Counted from the stretch's first letter, positions 21,311-33,081 are shown. The stretch is DNA of 64,000 nucleotides from Andalucia godoyi And28 (GCA_009859145.1 VRVR01000065.1:26915-90914); one strand, 5' to 3'. The notes: generated from the letters alone by a model not told the origin. A program made the numbers and translations.

Positions 21311-21883
21311 TCACCAAGATACGGACGGTATAGATAAACACAACATTACAAGGTTGGATAAAAACACTGTCGAGCGATCGAGGTTGGTGTTTGGATCATT
21401 CGGTTCCAAAGTCATGAACCAGATACTGGCTGACATTAGTGGTGCAAGAGATCGCATTTCATCGTGGATTACAACCAAGATGAAATTCAGACAAATCCAC
21501 TCTTTCCTCGAGGACGCAGATGTCGAATGGAGATTAGAGGTTGTGTCTCCGAGGAAAGTTCTGCAGACGGAAAGTGAAGAGTTTGGCATTTCTGGAATCC
21601 TAAGAAGCTGCGTAAAACACCCCATGTCTTCAATTTCGTCGTCTGTTTCAAAGGTTGTCATGATGGCTGCTGGACCGCTTATGCAGCCCTTGTCGATCTT
21701 GCGACGAAAATCCGTCAACAATTTTTTGAAATTGCCTGATTCCGACACGCCTATGTACTCGTAATTCGGGTTTCCAGAACTATAAATCCGAAAGACAAAA
21801 TACAGCACCTGTTCACGGAAGCCCTGCACAAAATGCGGCGTGTCGGATAAAAGGATTGCAGGATGTTCCAAACTAAAGAGCAT
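21311..21883 (-). CDS. Hypothetical protein with possible GIY-YIG-like motif
   Basis: 190-aa ORF containing FRIYSSGNPNYEYIGVS; the rest is unrecognised. Confidence 0.3.
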   Translation of the reverse strand: MLFSLEHPAILLSDTPHFVQGFREQVLYFVFRIYSSGNPNYEYIGVSESGNFKKLLTDFRRKIDKGCISGPAAIMTTFETDDEIEDMGCFTQLLRIPEMPNSSLSVCRTFLGDTTSNLHSTSASSRKEWICLNFILVVIHDEMRSLAPLMSASIWFMTLEPNDPNTNLDRSTVFLSNLVMLCLSIPSVSW

Positions 21884-22749
21884 TCACACGCGCACTCCCT
21901 GCTTTTTTGAAACATCCATGTATTTTTCTTCCGTCCGGCTCTCTTTTGTTGAATCTCTAAATGTCTGCTTCAGTAGAGACTGATTAAAAAAAATTGAGTG
22001 GAAATCGGAATATATTCAGAAAGTCACTTGCATGTCGTGTCTGGAACGGTCTGTTTCCGAAACTCTGTGAAATGTTGCATACAGAGTCTCCTTTTCAGTG
22101 CAAGATATAATTCACTACCCACGACTATGACGAATGCCTGTATGCGGAAAGTTTCGTTTCTTTGCGGGTCTCCCCCGTTCTATGAGGTGTCATCAGTTCA
22201 AAAATATTACAGTGGGATGATAGGTCGGTATGTTGAGAGCTGCTGTTGTGGAAGTCACGTAACAACAACAAGTCAAAAACGGAAACTTTCCGCTCGCCGC
22301 AGAAGACGTGACACGATGCAATGTTTCCGTCGGAAAGAGAAATCAACATCAGCTGATCTGCCCAGCACTTTCCTTTAACAATATTTTGAAAGAGAGTGAC
22401 CTTCTGAACCTTCACAGTCCGGCAATGAAAACATTCCGTTTGCGGAGACTGATCTTTGCTTCAAGACTGCTTCTGTAACAATAAAGATTAACCAGAACGG
22501 AAGAGTGAAATCGACCGAGAAAGTCTGGATGAGGAGGACCTTGGAAGAACGGCAAGAATACGAGTCGTTTTGGTCGAATAGACAGCTGCAGGAGAAACTC
22601 AAGTGCCTCGTTCTCGCATTTGCTCCTACTCCGCACGCTGCAGATTCCGCACCGGAACATCCGATTTCTGCTTCGAACTGCGCCGGAGCAGATCGGGAAC
22701 AGGAGGGATGCTCGCACTAAATGTTTTTTACGACCGCTGACGTTTGTGA

Positions 22750-23880
22750 ATGCATTACAACCCCATGACTCCACGGTTCGTGTCCATCCATTTCCTGAAT
22801 ATCGAAACTCGAATGAAGATGGTGCTGCCTAGAGAGCTTGGATCGACTTCGGGGTGCTTAGGAATGCATCTGTCGTGGCTTGAAAGGTCTGGATTGGACA
22901 GAATCGATCCTTCAACGGTTGTTGTTTTTCCTCTCGCTGCATTCACAGGTTACCAACAAATCATCTGTCCAACAGAGGATCGTCACAAATACGAAGTGGT
23001 GGCAAGCGCGTGGGAGTACGGGATCGCCGATTAATCCAACCCAAATAAGGGTTGCTTTTTTATCAAAGAGCGTTTCCCGAATTGGACTGGTTTTGATGAA
23101 AAGGCAAAGACAGGTCAAAAAGGCATCTCCAATATCGTTTTTCTTTTCTCTTTCTTTTGGATTTTCATTGCAAAAAGGATCTTTTGCAGTAGGAATGCGC
23201 TTCGCTCTGACAGAAGTCCCCAATTCAACCAGTTCTGCACCTCTCGGAACTCGCCAGACTGTGTTCCAGAGATTGATGGAAGGTATGCCGTTCTTCCTCC
23301 GTGGATGCCCATGCCCTCTGTCACTGGACAACGCAGAGTCCATCGGAATTGCGCCCTTCAGGCGCAAGAAGCCACCCGTCTTGCATTCGACGCAGAACAA
23401 CTGCTGCCAGAGGAAGACTTCACAGAACCCCACCAGTTGACATCCCTCAGAGCTCTCAAGCAACGAACCGCATCCCGGGTGGCAGAGCTGTCCCTTTCTG
23501 ACATGATTTAGAGTCTGTTCCCAGGATGCTCTGCTGCATGGAGCGTAGTCATGATGGGCCAACAGCTACGACATGTCGTTTTCCAGCGAATCGGCAGACT
23601 CGGAATGGAGCCCACTTGTTCGGAACTCGAAGGTGATCTCAGGAAGGATAAGATTCCGATATGTGCATGTGACGAAAGATGTGAAGCATGTGATGATGTG
23701 CAAACGGGTTGGTATGTCAGGTTGACACGCGGGTACGAACTATGCGTAACATGCTTCGCGAGCGTAGACCTCTCGTCCCGAGTGAGCCGGTGGCCGGCGT
23801 GCTCTTGTTTTCCACTCGGACGATATTTTCAGATTCAAGGCCCGTTCCCTCCAGTAGAAAGCAATGACAAATTTGAATGA
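22750..23880 (+). pseudogene. Probable pseudogene ending in a degenerate ZZ-type zinc-finger-like motif
   Basis: One frame runs about 375 codons with only two stops (TAA 23032, TAG 23509). The C-terminus has CEAC...WY...YELCVTCF. Confidence 0.45.
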
Positions 23881-24772
23881 GTCCTGGAGAGGACGGAGTG
23901 CAGACAATCGCATGTGGGGAACTGACAGCAGCTGGAAATGGACACCGTTGCGGAAGAGCTTTCATCGCGAACAGGAAGAAGACATGGAAACTACTTTCGA
24001 TACAAATAAATGTCGATGTTGTTGAATATGCTTGAATATCATCTCAACAGTGGTATGCGTTCTGATGCAGCGAACAAGGCAAAGTCGTGGAGTTCTGTGA
24101 GTCTCCTTTGAGACAGAACGTTTCCAAAGCCACGACGACGGGGACGGACTTTGAAGTCGTTCGGGACTAATCAGCGCCTCACTCTACACCGAGGCGATGC
24201 CTTCGAAGCACAGGTTGCTCCATTGATTCGGTGCCGTCAAAAGCAGCGAAGAGAGATATAAATGCCGAAAAAGATGTCAATGGGAAAGTCATTTTGAACT
24301 GTGCTGATCCACTTCCGTCAAAACCCTACAGGAATGCAAGTGCATGATACCGCAAGAGTGGAGTGATTTCGTATGCACGTGCGTGTGCAGTTCTTCGTGG
24401 AGTTCCTCGTTGGTGTCTCCAAATTTTCCCTTTGAGGCGAAAGACCGTTTGTGTGGGCCAGTAATAACTGTGCAATGGAGGAGACTTCTCGCCTTTTGCA
24501 TTGCAAAGTCTTTGTTGCCAAGCATTTGCTCTTCTAAGAAATTTCTCTACTGTTTTGAAAGGCTGCATGGATGTCTCTGATGATTTCGTTACTGCAAAAT
24601 GACTTTGTGAACGGAAGACCTGTCGGGCTGTGGAGTCCGTTTCGGCTGAACATCCGGTTTTGGAAAGCTGCGAGATTTCAACATCGGATTCGCGATTCAC
24701 GACGCTTTTCTTTGTGCAGTACAGCACCAAAAATGCACGCTCTCCAGGAAATTCACGAAAACCGATGAGATC

Positions 24773-25663
24773 GTGTTTACACCTTTTGAAGTTGCTCTTC
24801 GAAGATCGGATGAGAGGATTAAAATGCGGGTTGCGGAATTCATTCATTTACTCATGTGCAATGCGAACAAGACGCAGCACGTCCGTGTCTACTCTGGTAA
24901 GCGGCACTCGGGAGCATCCAGGATTCCGGAGGCATTCGACCGACAGATTGGCAAGCTCGTGTCTCTAATAGAAGCTGCCATTGAAGAGAGCTCTATCTTC
25001 GACAGAGACACTGAATATGTTTTGGTATACAATGTCCAGCCGGCTGCCGAGAACTGCGGGATATCCATAAACACGCTGATCCGCCAGAAGAGTTGGATCG
25101 AAGAAACAACGGATCTCCGCAGCACGCCAGCACATCTCTTTGTAGACGTCAGTTCCGGGATGGTTCGAAACAGCACCTCGGTACTCATTGCAGCCGGAGT
25201 AATGGATCCGGGCGACCAAGCGGCAGACGGGAAGCCTGCTGCCGCAGAGTATGGTTCCGTCTGAGGATGTAAGACGACCACTTCCATCCTAGCATTCGAA
25301 TCTGATCAACCGCTGCTATTGTCAACCATAGGACAGACTGTACATACTCCAATCGGCCAACGGAAAGGGAACTTCCAGGTGACATGCTGCATGACGCTTG
25401 GAGACGCTTTCGAGCGGGTTCTCAGTTCGAGCGCAAAGACTCGAGCAGTACCAGAAATTACCAAGCCTCCTGCGAAATCCACCGACGCGATCGCCTTGAG
25501 TAGTGTTCGGATCATCAAGATTGTGCCTCTCGCTGCCGGCAGTCGAAACGCGACGATTTATGCCTCGGGCGACGTAGGGAATGCTCAAGACGACTGGATT
25601 GTTTTGGAGGAAGAGGCAATCATGCACCAAGCTTTCCCTGATGTCACACTGATGCGATGCTAG
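24773..25663 (+). pseudogene. Unknown-family gene, copy A, broken by one in-frame TGA (25262-25264)
   Basis: ORFs 24773 and 25319 are in the same frame. The paralog at 55.3-56.2 kb has CGA at this codon. Confidence 0.75.
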
Positions 25664-25865
25664 AATACGCCGATTCTCGGTTGCTTGAACTTTACATAAA
25701 GCGTGTGCAAGAGATGTCGAACATGCGACACCACAGAAGGCAGTTTATGAGACAGTCGAATCGATCCAGGATTCAAATTTGGATGAACCGTTCTAGGGCG
25801 CGCAATCGTGTTGGTAGATTTTACCGTTTGTCCTGAGGCGTCTGACTTGTCTGGAAATTAAGAGT

Positions 25866-26996
25866 TCACGATTTCAGTGGTCCTACTCCCTCTGCAGCCT
25901 CAGTTTCAACAATTCTTAAGTTGTCTGCTCCCACTTGATGTTTTCGCTCAGAGAGTTCCTGTGGGAGTTTCACGACAATAAGTGCATGCGGTACGATTTC
26001 CTGGAGTAATTTCACCTGCTCTGCACCTGCATGCTTCAAAATCGTTCTTATGTTGTGTGCGAATGGCAGCCTGATGAAAGTTATGGATGGAACAATTGCT
26101 TGCATGCGCAGCTATCGATGAGAGATTGGAAAACAAAACGTCATTCAGCAAATTCCCAACATCATCGAAACGCGCGGAACTGCATGCATTCGTAGGCGAT
26201 GATTCAAAACGTCAAAATCCACTGAATTCTTCATTTTCGCAAGCTCGGAATGACCGCATTTTCCACCGCAAGTAAAGGTTGCAACCATCGACAATTGTTT
26301 TTCCGCGGAAACAGAGTGACCATGTGAAAAGGGACAACTCTGACCTGCTCAATTCTCTGCATCGTTTTCGTATACAGTACCGACGGAAATCTGAGGAAAC
26401 GGGAAGAATGCCAACGCCGTTCTTCTGCGTTTGCTCGGTGGGATCTCCGCTTCGCAGAGCCGGTTGTGTGACGATGGAGATCCCAAAAGCTCGTCAAACT
26501 TAGGCAACATCTGATTTTGCAGCGTATTCGAAACAAAACTTTTCAACGGATAAAGCAACCAGAACAGCAAAGGGTGAATTGAAAGAAGGAAGAACGAGAC
26601 ACCGAGCGAAAGGGAACGAGATTTCAATAACTGCAAGTTCCCAATTTTTTGGTTTGCGAAAGGTGCAGCAGGAGAATCCAAAAAATATTCTGCAAGTGCA
26701 GTTAAATGGATGTGGAAGTCAGCTGCAACAGTACAAGTGACTAGCACTCCGGTAGGAATCTTAGCTCGCATGTTTTGACCGTCCCCAACACCCCAATCAT
26801 GAACATCTTTCAACTGCTTTGATGCAAAAAACCAAAAAACAGGAGGACTGGCGTTGTTACAGCACTGGCAGGAGAAATGACGATTCACAGATTGTACGTG
26901 CAGGCTCCTCGCGCGTGCTCGGATGCCGCTCCTAGTATGCATTTTGGCATTACTCAAAAATGGAAATCGGGTGATCCGAGACTCCGAGAAGATCAA
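25866..26996 (-). pseudogene. Fragmented hypothetical gene
   Basis: Chain of overlapping minus-strand ORFs (26349-26996, 25948-26151, 25866-26105) with protein-like composition in different frames. Confidence 0.3.
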
Positions 26997-27186
26997 CTCG
27001 GGAGTTTGCTTGCTGACATGCTTTGCATCTTCCGCACAGTCGTCGGGTTTTCTGGTAATCGGCCAAATCGGACGCCATCCATTTCTGTTTCGTTTATTTT
27101 TGGTGATGGATGGTCACTGTTCGTGAGGCAACTAGGGCAACGGATGGAAAGCAGATGTCGTCTCCTTCCTTTCCTTCGTTTTACAC

Positions 27187-27858
27187 ATGTCTCCAACCCA
27201 TTCTGTTGCCACTGATCAAAACCATCAGACGCACACACAACAAACCAAGGCAATGTTGATCGAAAACTGTGATTCACGTTCTCAGGAGTCAGCGGGGGAC
27301 AATGGTGCAGAGATACACATGTGCCATTCGAATTTCATGGAGGCGATGCCGAGGCGTCCGACAACCTCTCACAGCAAGTCCGAACGTCGTGAAAAGACTC
27401 CCTGGACGCTGGTACAACATGCACAATTCGAAGCCGGACTCCGCATTTTTGGCAGCGGCCGCTGGAAGCAGATTTCTGGCTTCATGAACTGCGGTCGAAC
27501 TCCACTGCAAATCAAAAACTACGCAAGAGCATACATGAAAAGACATGCAAAACTCCAGAGCAACCAGCCGGCATTCGATGATGAATTCGTGAAACCACCA
27601 AGCGAGGATACTCTTTCAATTCCAGTTTTTGAGAGCCTCTCTCCTGTGAACTCGAGCGCGGGTTCGGTTTCCTGCTATGCCTCCTCATATCCCACAGCGG
27701 CACCAGAGTACCAGAGGCTCGCCGTCGTGAATCCTCTGCAACTGTGTTGCGACAATGGAATTCCATTCCTTCGACTTGAGGTGGAAGACGTACTCCAGAC
27801 GGAATCTTCTCTGCGGGAATTGTTTTTGTTTGACAACTGTCTGATAGTCTACAGATAG
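27187..27858 (+). CDS. Myb/SANT transcription factor, SHAQKY-class-like
   Basis: PWTLVQHAQFEAGLRIFGSGRWKQISGFMNCGRTPLQIKNYARAY. Confidence 0.85.
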   Translation: MSPTHSVATDQNHQTHTQQTKAMLIENCDSRSQESAGDNGAEIHMCHSNFMEAMPRRPTTSHSKSERREKTPWTLVQHAQFEAGLRIFGSGRWKQISGFMNCGRTPLQIKNYARAYMKRHAKLQSNQPAFDDEFVKPPSEDTLSIPVFESLSPVNSSAGSVSCYASSYPTAAPEYQRLAVVNPLQLCCDNGIPFLRLEVEDVLQTESSLRELFLFDNCLIVYR

Positions 27859-28577
27859 TCATCAGGCATCGAAGTCGACATTGCAACAGAGGGAGCTATC
27901 GTTCGATAGCTGAATAAGCGAGAAACGGTACATACAGATGTGACTGTCCGTATTCTCAACTGCAAGCTCAATCGTTTGGAAATGGTTCCTGACTGAAGTG
28001 GAATGCAATCAACGGAGCTTTCGCTGAGAGCAGCGAAGAAAATGAGATCAATGATTGTAGCTTTGAAGAAGTCGAAGATGAAGCCCCAAAGAAGGGGTTG
28101 TTGGGAAGTCGGTCTCACATAATTCGTTGTTGGACGATGATGAGTGCTCCAGCGTAAATGCGCTGGTTTTCGTCGTCTAAAGGAGAAGTTATCTCCGGTA
28201 TGTGAAAAAGTCCGTTATTCATCCGTCACCGGTCTTCTTGAACGAGCCTTTCAGCATGCAAGCAACGGAATGCTCCGCGACAAAACTAGATCACAATGTC
28301 ACCAACTGTCCGACGGGTCCGAGGTGCAATTTGTCGCAAACAGGCATGCAGCAGAACAGCAGCAAACCGCATCGGGCCCTTTGTGGTGTCGCGTTTGTGC
28401 TGTGCTGTCAGCACCAAGGAATTCACGATGCTTCTGTCAGCTTCTGCTTGATAAAAAAATTTTAAAAACCTGATCTCTTTATTCAGCTGTCTTTTTGTTT
28501 TGCATAGATTGTATTATGACAACGGCAAGCACTCTCTGCACATTTCATCATTGCCTGTTCAACATTCCCTGCGCAAC

Positions 28578-28898
28578 ATGTCTTCGAGCGGCGAAGAAAG
28601 CGATGGCCAGGATGTGAACTCGGCAGAATCGACGTTTGCGCTTCTGAGTCCATTCTATTCATACTTGTTTGTTTCATGCTCCATGCTCAATCGGTATCTT
28701 GTGCAGACCGCGGTCTTCCAGCTGCTATGGTGCACGAGTCTGGTGGTGTTTGCACTGTCCTGGTTCTTCTGGGACGAGTTCCGCTCTTGTCCCCTGCTTC
28801 AACAAGTACTTGTATATCGGCGGATACATGTCAACTGTTGTGCCAGAAAAGTCATTCTTTTCGCGACTGTCGCAGAATCATTCTTCCGTGGAATATGA
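28578..28898 (+). pseudogene. Truncated paralog of the adenylyl cyclase N-terminus
   Basis: About 34 of 71 residues are identical by manual alignment to the first ~73 aa of ORF 43515-48944; homology then decays. Confidence 0.8.
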
Positions 28899-29814
28899 CT
28901 GAAGATGCTGGCCGCTTCTCGGTCTGCTGCACGTAAGCAAACGTCTTCGATCTGCATTCGAACTCCGTAAAGGGCGGGATGCTCAAAGATCTCACTCAGC
29001 GTGGTCCACGATACGAATCGGCCAGGTGTCCGCAAGGTCCGATTGAAACTGTGGAGAAGAGACAGCGTGGAAAGTCTATCCAACTATGAGATGTTTTCCG
29101 ATCCTGATGGCCATTCCACATCATTATGAGCTTCCCTGCCAGGTCCCAACAACACACGCACGAACTATTGCATTGCGAAGACCGTAAAGATTGATCGTGA
29201 GTTGAGCACAAGAGACCACTAACCGCATGATACAGTTTGAATTGATCATTGATAACAACTGGTGGCACAACCGATTCTTGCAACGAAATCTCAGACTCTG
29301 AGCATTCTGATTGGTAGACATCCGCTTCCACGGTCGATGCTACGATGGAAGAGAAGTGCTTCAAAAGTAGTATTCTAGACTGAGAAGAAAGACATCCTCG
29401 AAGATGACTTCTTGCGAGAATCATACTCGAGTGCGTTCCCACCGAATGTCCGCTCACTCAGTGCAGCAGATTGGGATGCTAAACAACATCATTTCCCCCT
29501 TTGTAGTCAAGCAAATGGATGGATGTACCGACTTGTACGACTTCTCCTCCTTGAACCTTTCACTGAATTCAAGTGCATGAAACTCTTCGATATAAGGAGA
29601 GATTGTTGTGACCCGAATTTCAATCAATTCAAGCATTTCCACAATAATGCCGATTTCGTACAGATGGACGAATAAAGCGAAGTTCTATCGCTCGCTTTCT
29701 TGAATACTGCCTCAATCTCAAGAAGACAGAAACAGAAAACAACAAGTGTCAGAGCAATGTCTTCGTTCTCGTTTTTTTCCTCCTTAAGTAAGCGTCCTCC
29801 GAACGGAATTAACC

Positions 29815-30963
29815 ATGCTTCGAAACGCCGGGATATTACGTCGACTGTTGCTGGTCGAAAATCTCTTCTTTTTCCTTTTCTTCTCCACGATTTTCAATAC
29901 TCTGGTGAGTCATGTGAAAGGAGAGACAACACCGAAACTGGTGGATTCGGTTCTGTTTATTGGCGTGGATGGATTACCTGCGTTGTCCGTCGACAATCCC
30001 AATCCAATTATCGGTGATCAGTATCCTGTTCCAAACTTTCAGCTGTTGATGAATGAAGGCGTGTATGCATACTGCTCGCGCACTTCGGCGCCCACAGTCT
30101 CGTCTCCTAACTGGGCCGCAATGTTGACCGGAATATCACCCACGGTTTCCGGTTTTGTCAGTAATCCGGCTTCTGAAGTTCAGCCGGCGTCCTTTCGGAA
30201 CCAAGGATCGACACTGTTTAATCGAGTCCATAGCGGTCTCCCGAATCACACAATGTCCGCATTCTACACGTGGTGCGACATTCGAAGGTGGCTTTCGTTC
30301 AATCTCAATGAAACTAACGTCATTCATGACCTCGATTGGATGACATTGCTTTGCACGCAGAACGATAATTCGACGTTCCACGAGGTCCGAGGGTTTCTAG
30401 AGAACATGGATCCTCTTCTAACAGCAGGCACTGTTCCAGGATATTTGACGTTTGTCCAGTTTGACGAGGTCGACGCAACGGGTCACGAGGACGAGTGGTT
30501 TTCCGACGAGTTTAATCGGTATGTGCAAGTGATAGATGGATATGTCGGTCAGCTCGTCGACGTTTTCAATCGCTCTATGAATGCGGCAAACAAAACAAGA
30601 GTTGTGATCTTAACTTCGGATCATGGAGGAATAGACACTAATCATGATGATCCCACGTCTACTCGAGTTCTTAATGTCCCATACGTGATGTGGAGCAATA
30701 ATGCCTCTCTTTTCCCGAGAAATTTCACGCTGTCGGAACCGATCGTCTATAATCAGGATGCATATTCCACGATTCTTCGTCTCTTTGGATTGTACGACGA
30801 TGACGTTGACAGGTATGTATACACCAGCCGACCGCTGGATTCAGCAATTCTGCCGCTGCAGAACCTCAATGCAACGAAGGCAAACTACACGCGTATCTAC
30901 GAGATGTACAATCTCAAGGTCAATAACTCCAACGGCGATCGCCGGTTTTGCTATGAGTATTAG
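29815..30963 (+). CDS. Secreted alkaline-phosphatase-superfamily protein (type I phosphodiesterase/nucleotide pyrophosphatase-like)
   Basis: Signal-like N-terminus, FIGVDGL, PTVSSPNW (Ser nucleophile), DEVDATGH and TSDHGG. Confidence 0.88.
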   Translation: MLRNAGILRRLLLVENLFFFLFFSTIFNTLVSHVKGETTPKLVDSVLFIGVDGLPALSVDNPNPIIGDQYPVPNFQLLMNEGVYAYCSRTSAPTVSSPNWAAMLTGISPTVSGFVSNPASEVQPASFRNQGSTLFNRVHSGLPNHTMSAFYTWCDIRRWLSFNLNETNVIHDLDWMTLLCTQNDNSTFHEVRGFLENMDPLLTAGTVPGYLTFVQFDEVDATGHEDEWFSDEFNRYVQVIDGYVGQLVDVFNRSMNAANKTRVVILTSDHGGIDTNHDDPTSTRVLNVPYVMWSNNASLFPRNFTLSEPIVYNQDAYSTILRLFGLYDDDVDRYVYTSRPLDSAILPLQNLNATKANYTRIYEMYNLKVNNSNGDRRFCYEY

Positions 30964-31509
30964 ATAATGATAAAGAATTGAATGCCGCCACAACCATCCA
31001 TGACTATGTTCACGAGACCACCGAACGGCGTTCATTCATTGCCAATTAGAGAGATACCTGCTAATTCAGTTCTTGAGAATCTTGATTGATAGCTCAAAGG
31101 AAGAAATTGGAATCAAATTTCGGCGCAATCGTCTAGAAGTCAAGAAGGACTCGGAATCGTTTTGAGAGCTCAAATTTAGCGAGATATCTGAGCACCCCTT
31201 TTGTGGACGTTTCAAAATTCAACGGACATGCACACATCGGGGATTCACCGAAGACGTCCGCAGTTACCAGCAGGTCATATCTTTAAATTACACAATCTAC
31301 TTGCAAGTTTGTATTTTGGCCATGTTTGATGGTTCAACGTTTAATTGAACCTCGGTGGAATACTCCAGCGGCGTCGAAGTGCTCAGCAGTAGGACGAACC
31401 AGAGCTGTACATTTATGGATCATTTTTGCCCCCAACTCTCTCAACGTTTGCTCTGCTTTTCCATTCAAGAAAAAACATACAAATAAGATGTAACTAGCAT
31501 TGGAAAAGG

Positions 31510-32403
31510 ATGCTGCCTCCTCTTGATGACATTGTGCCCATCGAATCCGAACCAGGCAATCCTGCAAACCGAGTAGTTGCGGATGTTCCTACCATTGCAC
31601 GCCGCAGAGATGTGGACCTCCATTGGATGAGTGTGAATTTGCCCAAGTGGATCCGCATTGTTCTCATGGAACTTCGGCTGTTCCTAGCGGAATTTGTGGC
31701 CACCTTCCTGCTGACGTTCGTTGGGGCCGGTTCCATTCCAGTGCAACACGTCTCCGCGGGCATTCTTCCACCGGTTGCCCGCTCGTTCGTTCCGGGCCTT
31801 GTGGTGCTTGCCATGATATACAGCGTAGGACACGTCAGCGGTGCGCATTTGAATCCGGGAGCCACATTCACATTCCTACTACGTGGTGTATTTCCGTGGT
31901 GGAGAGTCCCGATCTACTGGGCTGCACAGTTTGGTGGCGCTGTGTGTGCTGCCCTGTACATCCACATGGCATTTGGAACTGTGGGCAACGTTGGAGCGAC
32001 GTATGCTAAATTTGCAGCCACGGAGCACGTGTATGCATATGAAGTTGTGTTATCGTTCTTTCTGTACTTTGTGATTCTGTCTACATCGACTGGAAACCAG
32101 CTGGTCGGGCATAATGCGGGTGTCGCAGTTGGGTTATCCGTCGCGACCCTCGGAGTTGTCGGTGATCCGTTAGGTGCTGGAACGGCTAATCCCGCAAGAA
32201 GCCTTGGGCCAGCGTGGATCAACGGTGACTTTTCCAAACAGTGGATCTTCATCGCCGGCCCCGCAACAGCAGCTCCAATCGCAGTGATTGCAGCCTTTCT
32301 TCTGCACGGAAAACCAAAGCCACATGAATTCATTGCGTCCGAGGGCAAGGGTAGACGAAGCCACGATTGTCGAAGTGTGCGTGGACATGTCGAACGACGG
32401 TGA
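31510..32403 (+). CDS. Aquaporin (MIP family)
   Basis: AEFVATF, SGAHLNPG and NPARSLGPA motifs with six hydrophobic segments. Confidence 0.95.
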   Translation: MLPPLDDIVPIESEPGNPANRVVADVPTIARRRDVDLHWMSVNLPKWIRIVLMELRLFLAEFVATFLLTFVGAGSIPVQHVSAGILPPVARSFVPGLVVLAMIYSVGHVSGAHLNPGATFTFLLRGVFPWWRVPIYWAAQFGGAVCAALYIHMAFGTVGNVGATYAKFAATEHVYAYEVVLSFFLYFVILSTSTGNQLVGHNAGVAVGLSVATLGVVGDPLGAGTANPARSLGPAWINGDFSKQWIFIAGPATAAPIAVIAAFLLHGKPKPHEFIASEGKGRRSHDCRSVRGHVERR

Positions 32404-33081
32404 CAACAGCAGAGCTGTTCGTTGTTTTAGTATACTGTGTAGCATACGCTTTTTGGATAAGACTCCAGGTTTTGTTTGCTGCCTCTCTCTTCCTCAGTGC
32501 CTGAACACGCTCCATCTTCCATTGTTATCATGAAGCTGCGTCGGGATCTCGCATTTCGAGCTGGTGCCACAACGGAACATCGAACGCACCGCAGATTCTG
32601 TAGCAGAAATCGACGACCATGCGATGAAACGGTTGCCAAGAATTTCAGCTGAACTGGGGTGGCGGATTCTCGAGGAAGATGAAGAGATCGAAACAATCTC
32701 GTACTCGGAGCTGTGAGAAATTGCATTTTTCTGATTTGATGATATTTCCCTTCAAGAGCGAATTCGGCCAGAGGTCTTATCCGGCCTTCTTACATCCTTG
32801 CGGAGATTGCGAAACTCGCCCAAGACTAACAGGAATTTGCTGCATCTCGCCCAAGGGTCCTGCCGATCTTGCTTTGGGACGTCCATGGCCAATGCTCGTC
32901 GGTGGGATGTTTGTGAATGAACATTGTTCACACAAGATCCACAGCGGTAGCGAACAATAGAAGGTGGTGTCAGGGATAAATGGTTATATTCTTTCTTTGC
33001 TTTGCCGTTCCAGCACAGACAGAATTTAAAAATGGAGAGCAGCAGCAACCACCATGTATCCAGTTGTTGTGCATTTCTAGC

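Noticed and set aside
22750-25663. Alternative genetic code (stop reassignment)
   Set aside because: TAA and TGA terminate well-supported genes elsewhere in the window, the interrupting stops are of three different types, and the copy A TGA is a simple CGA-to-TGA transition.
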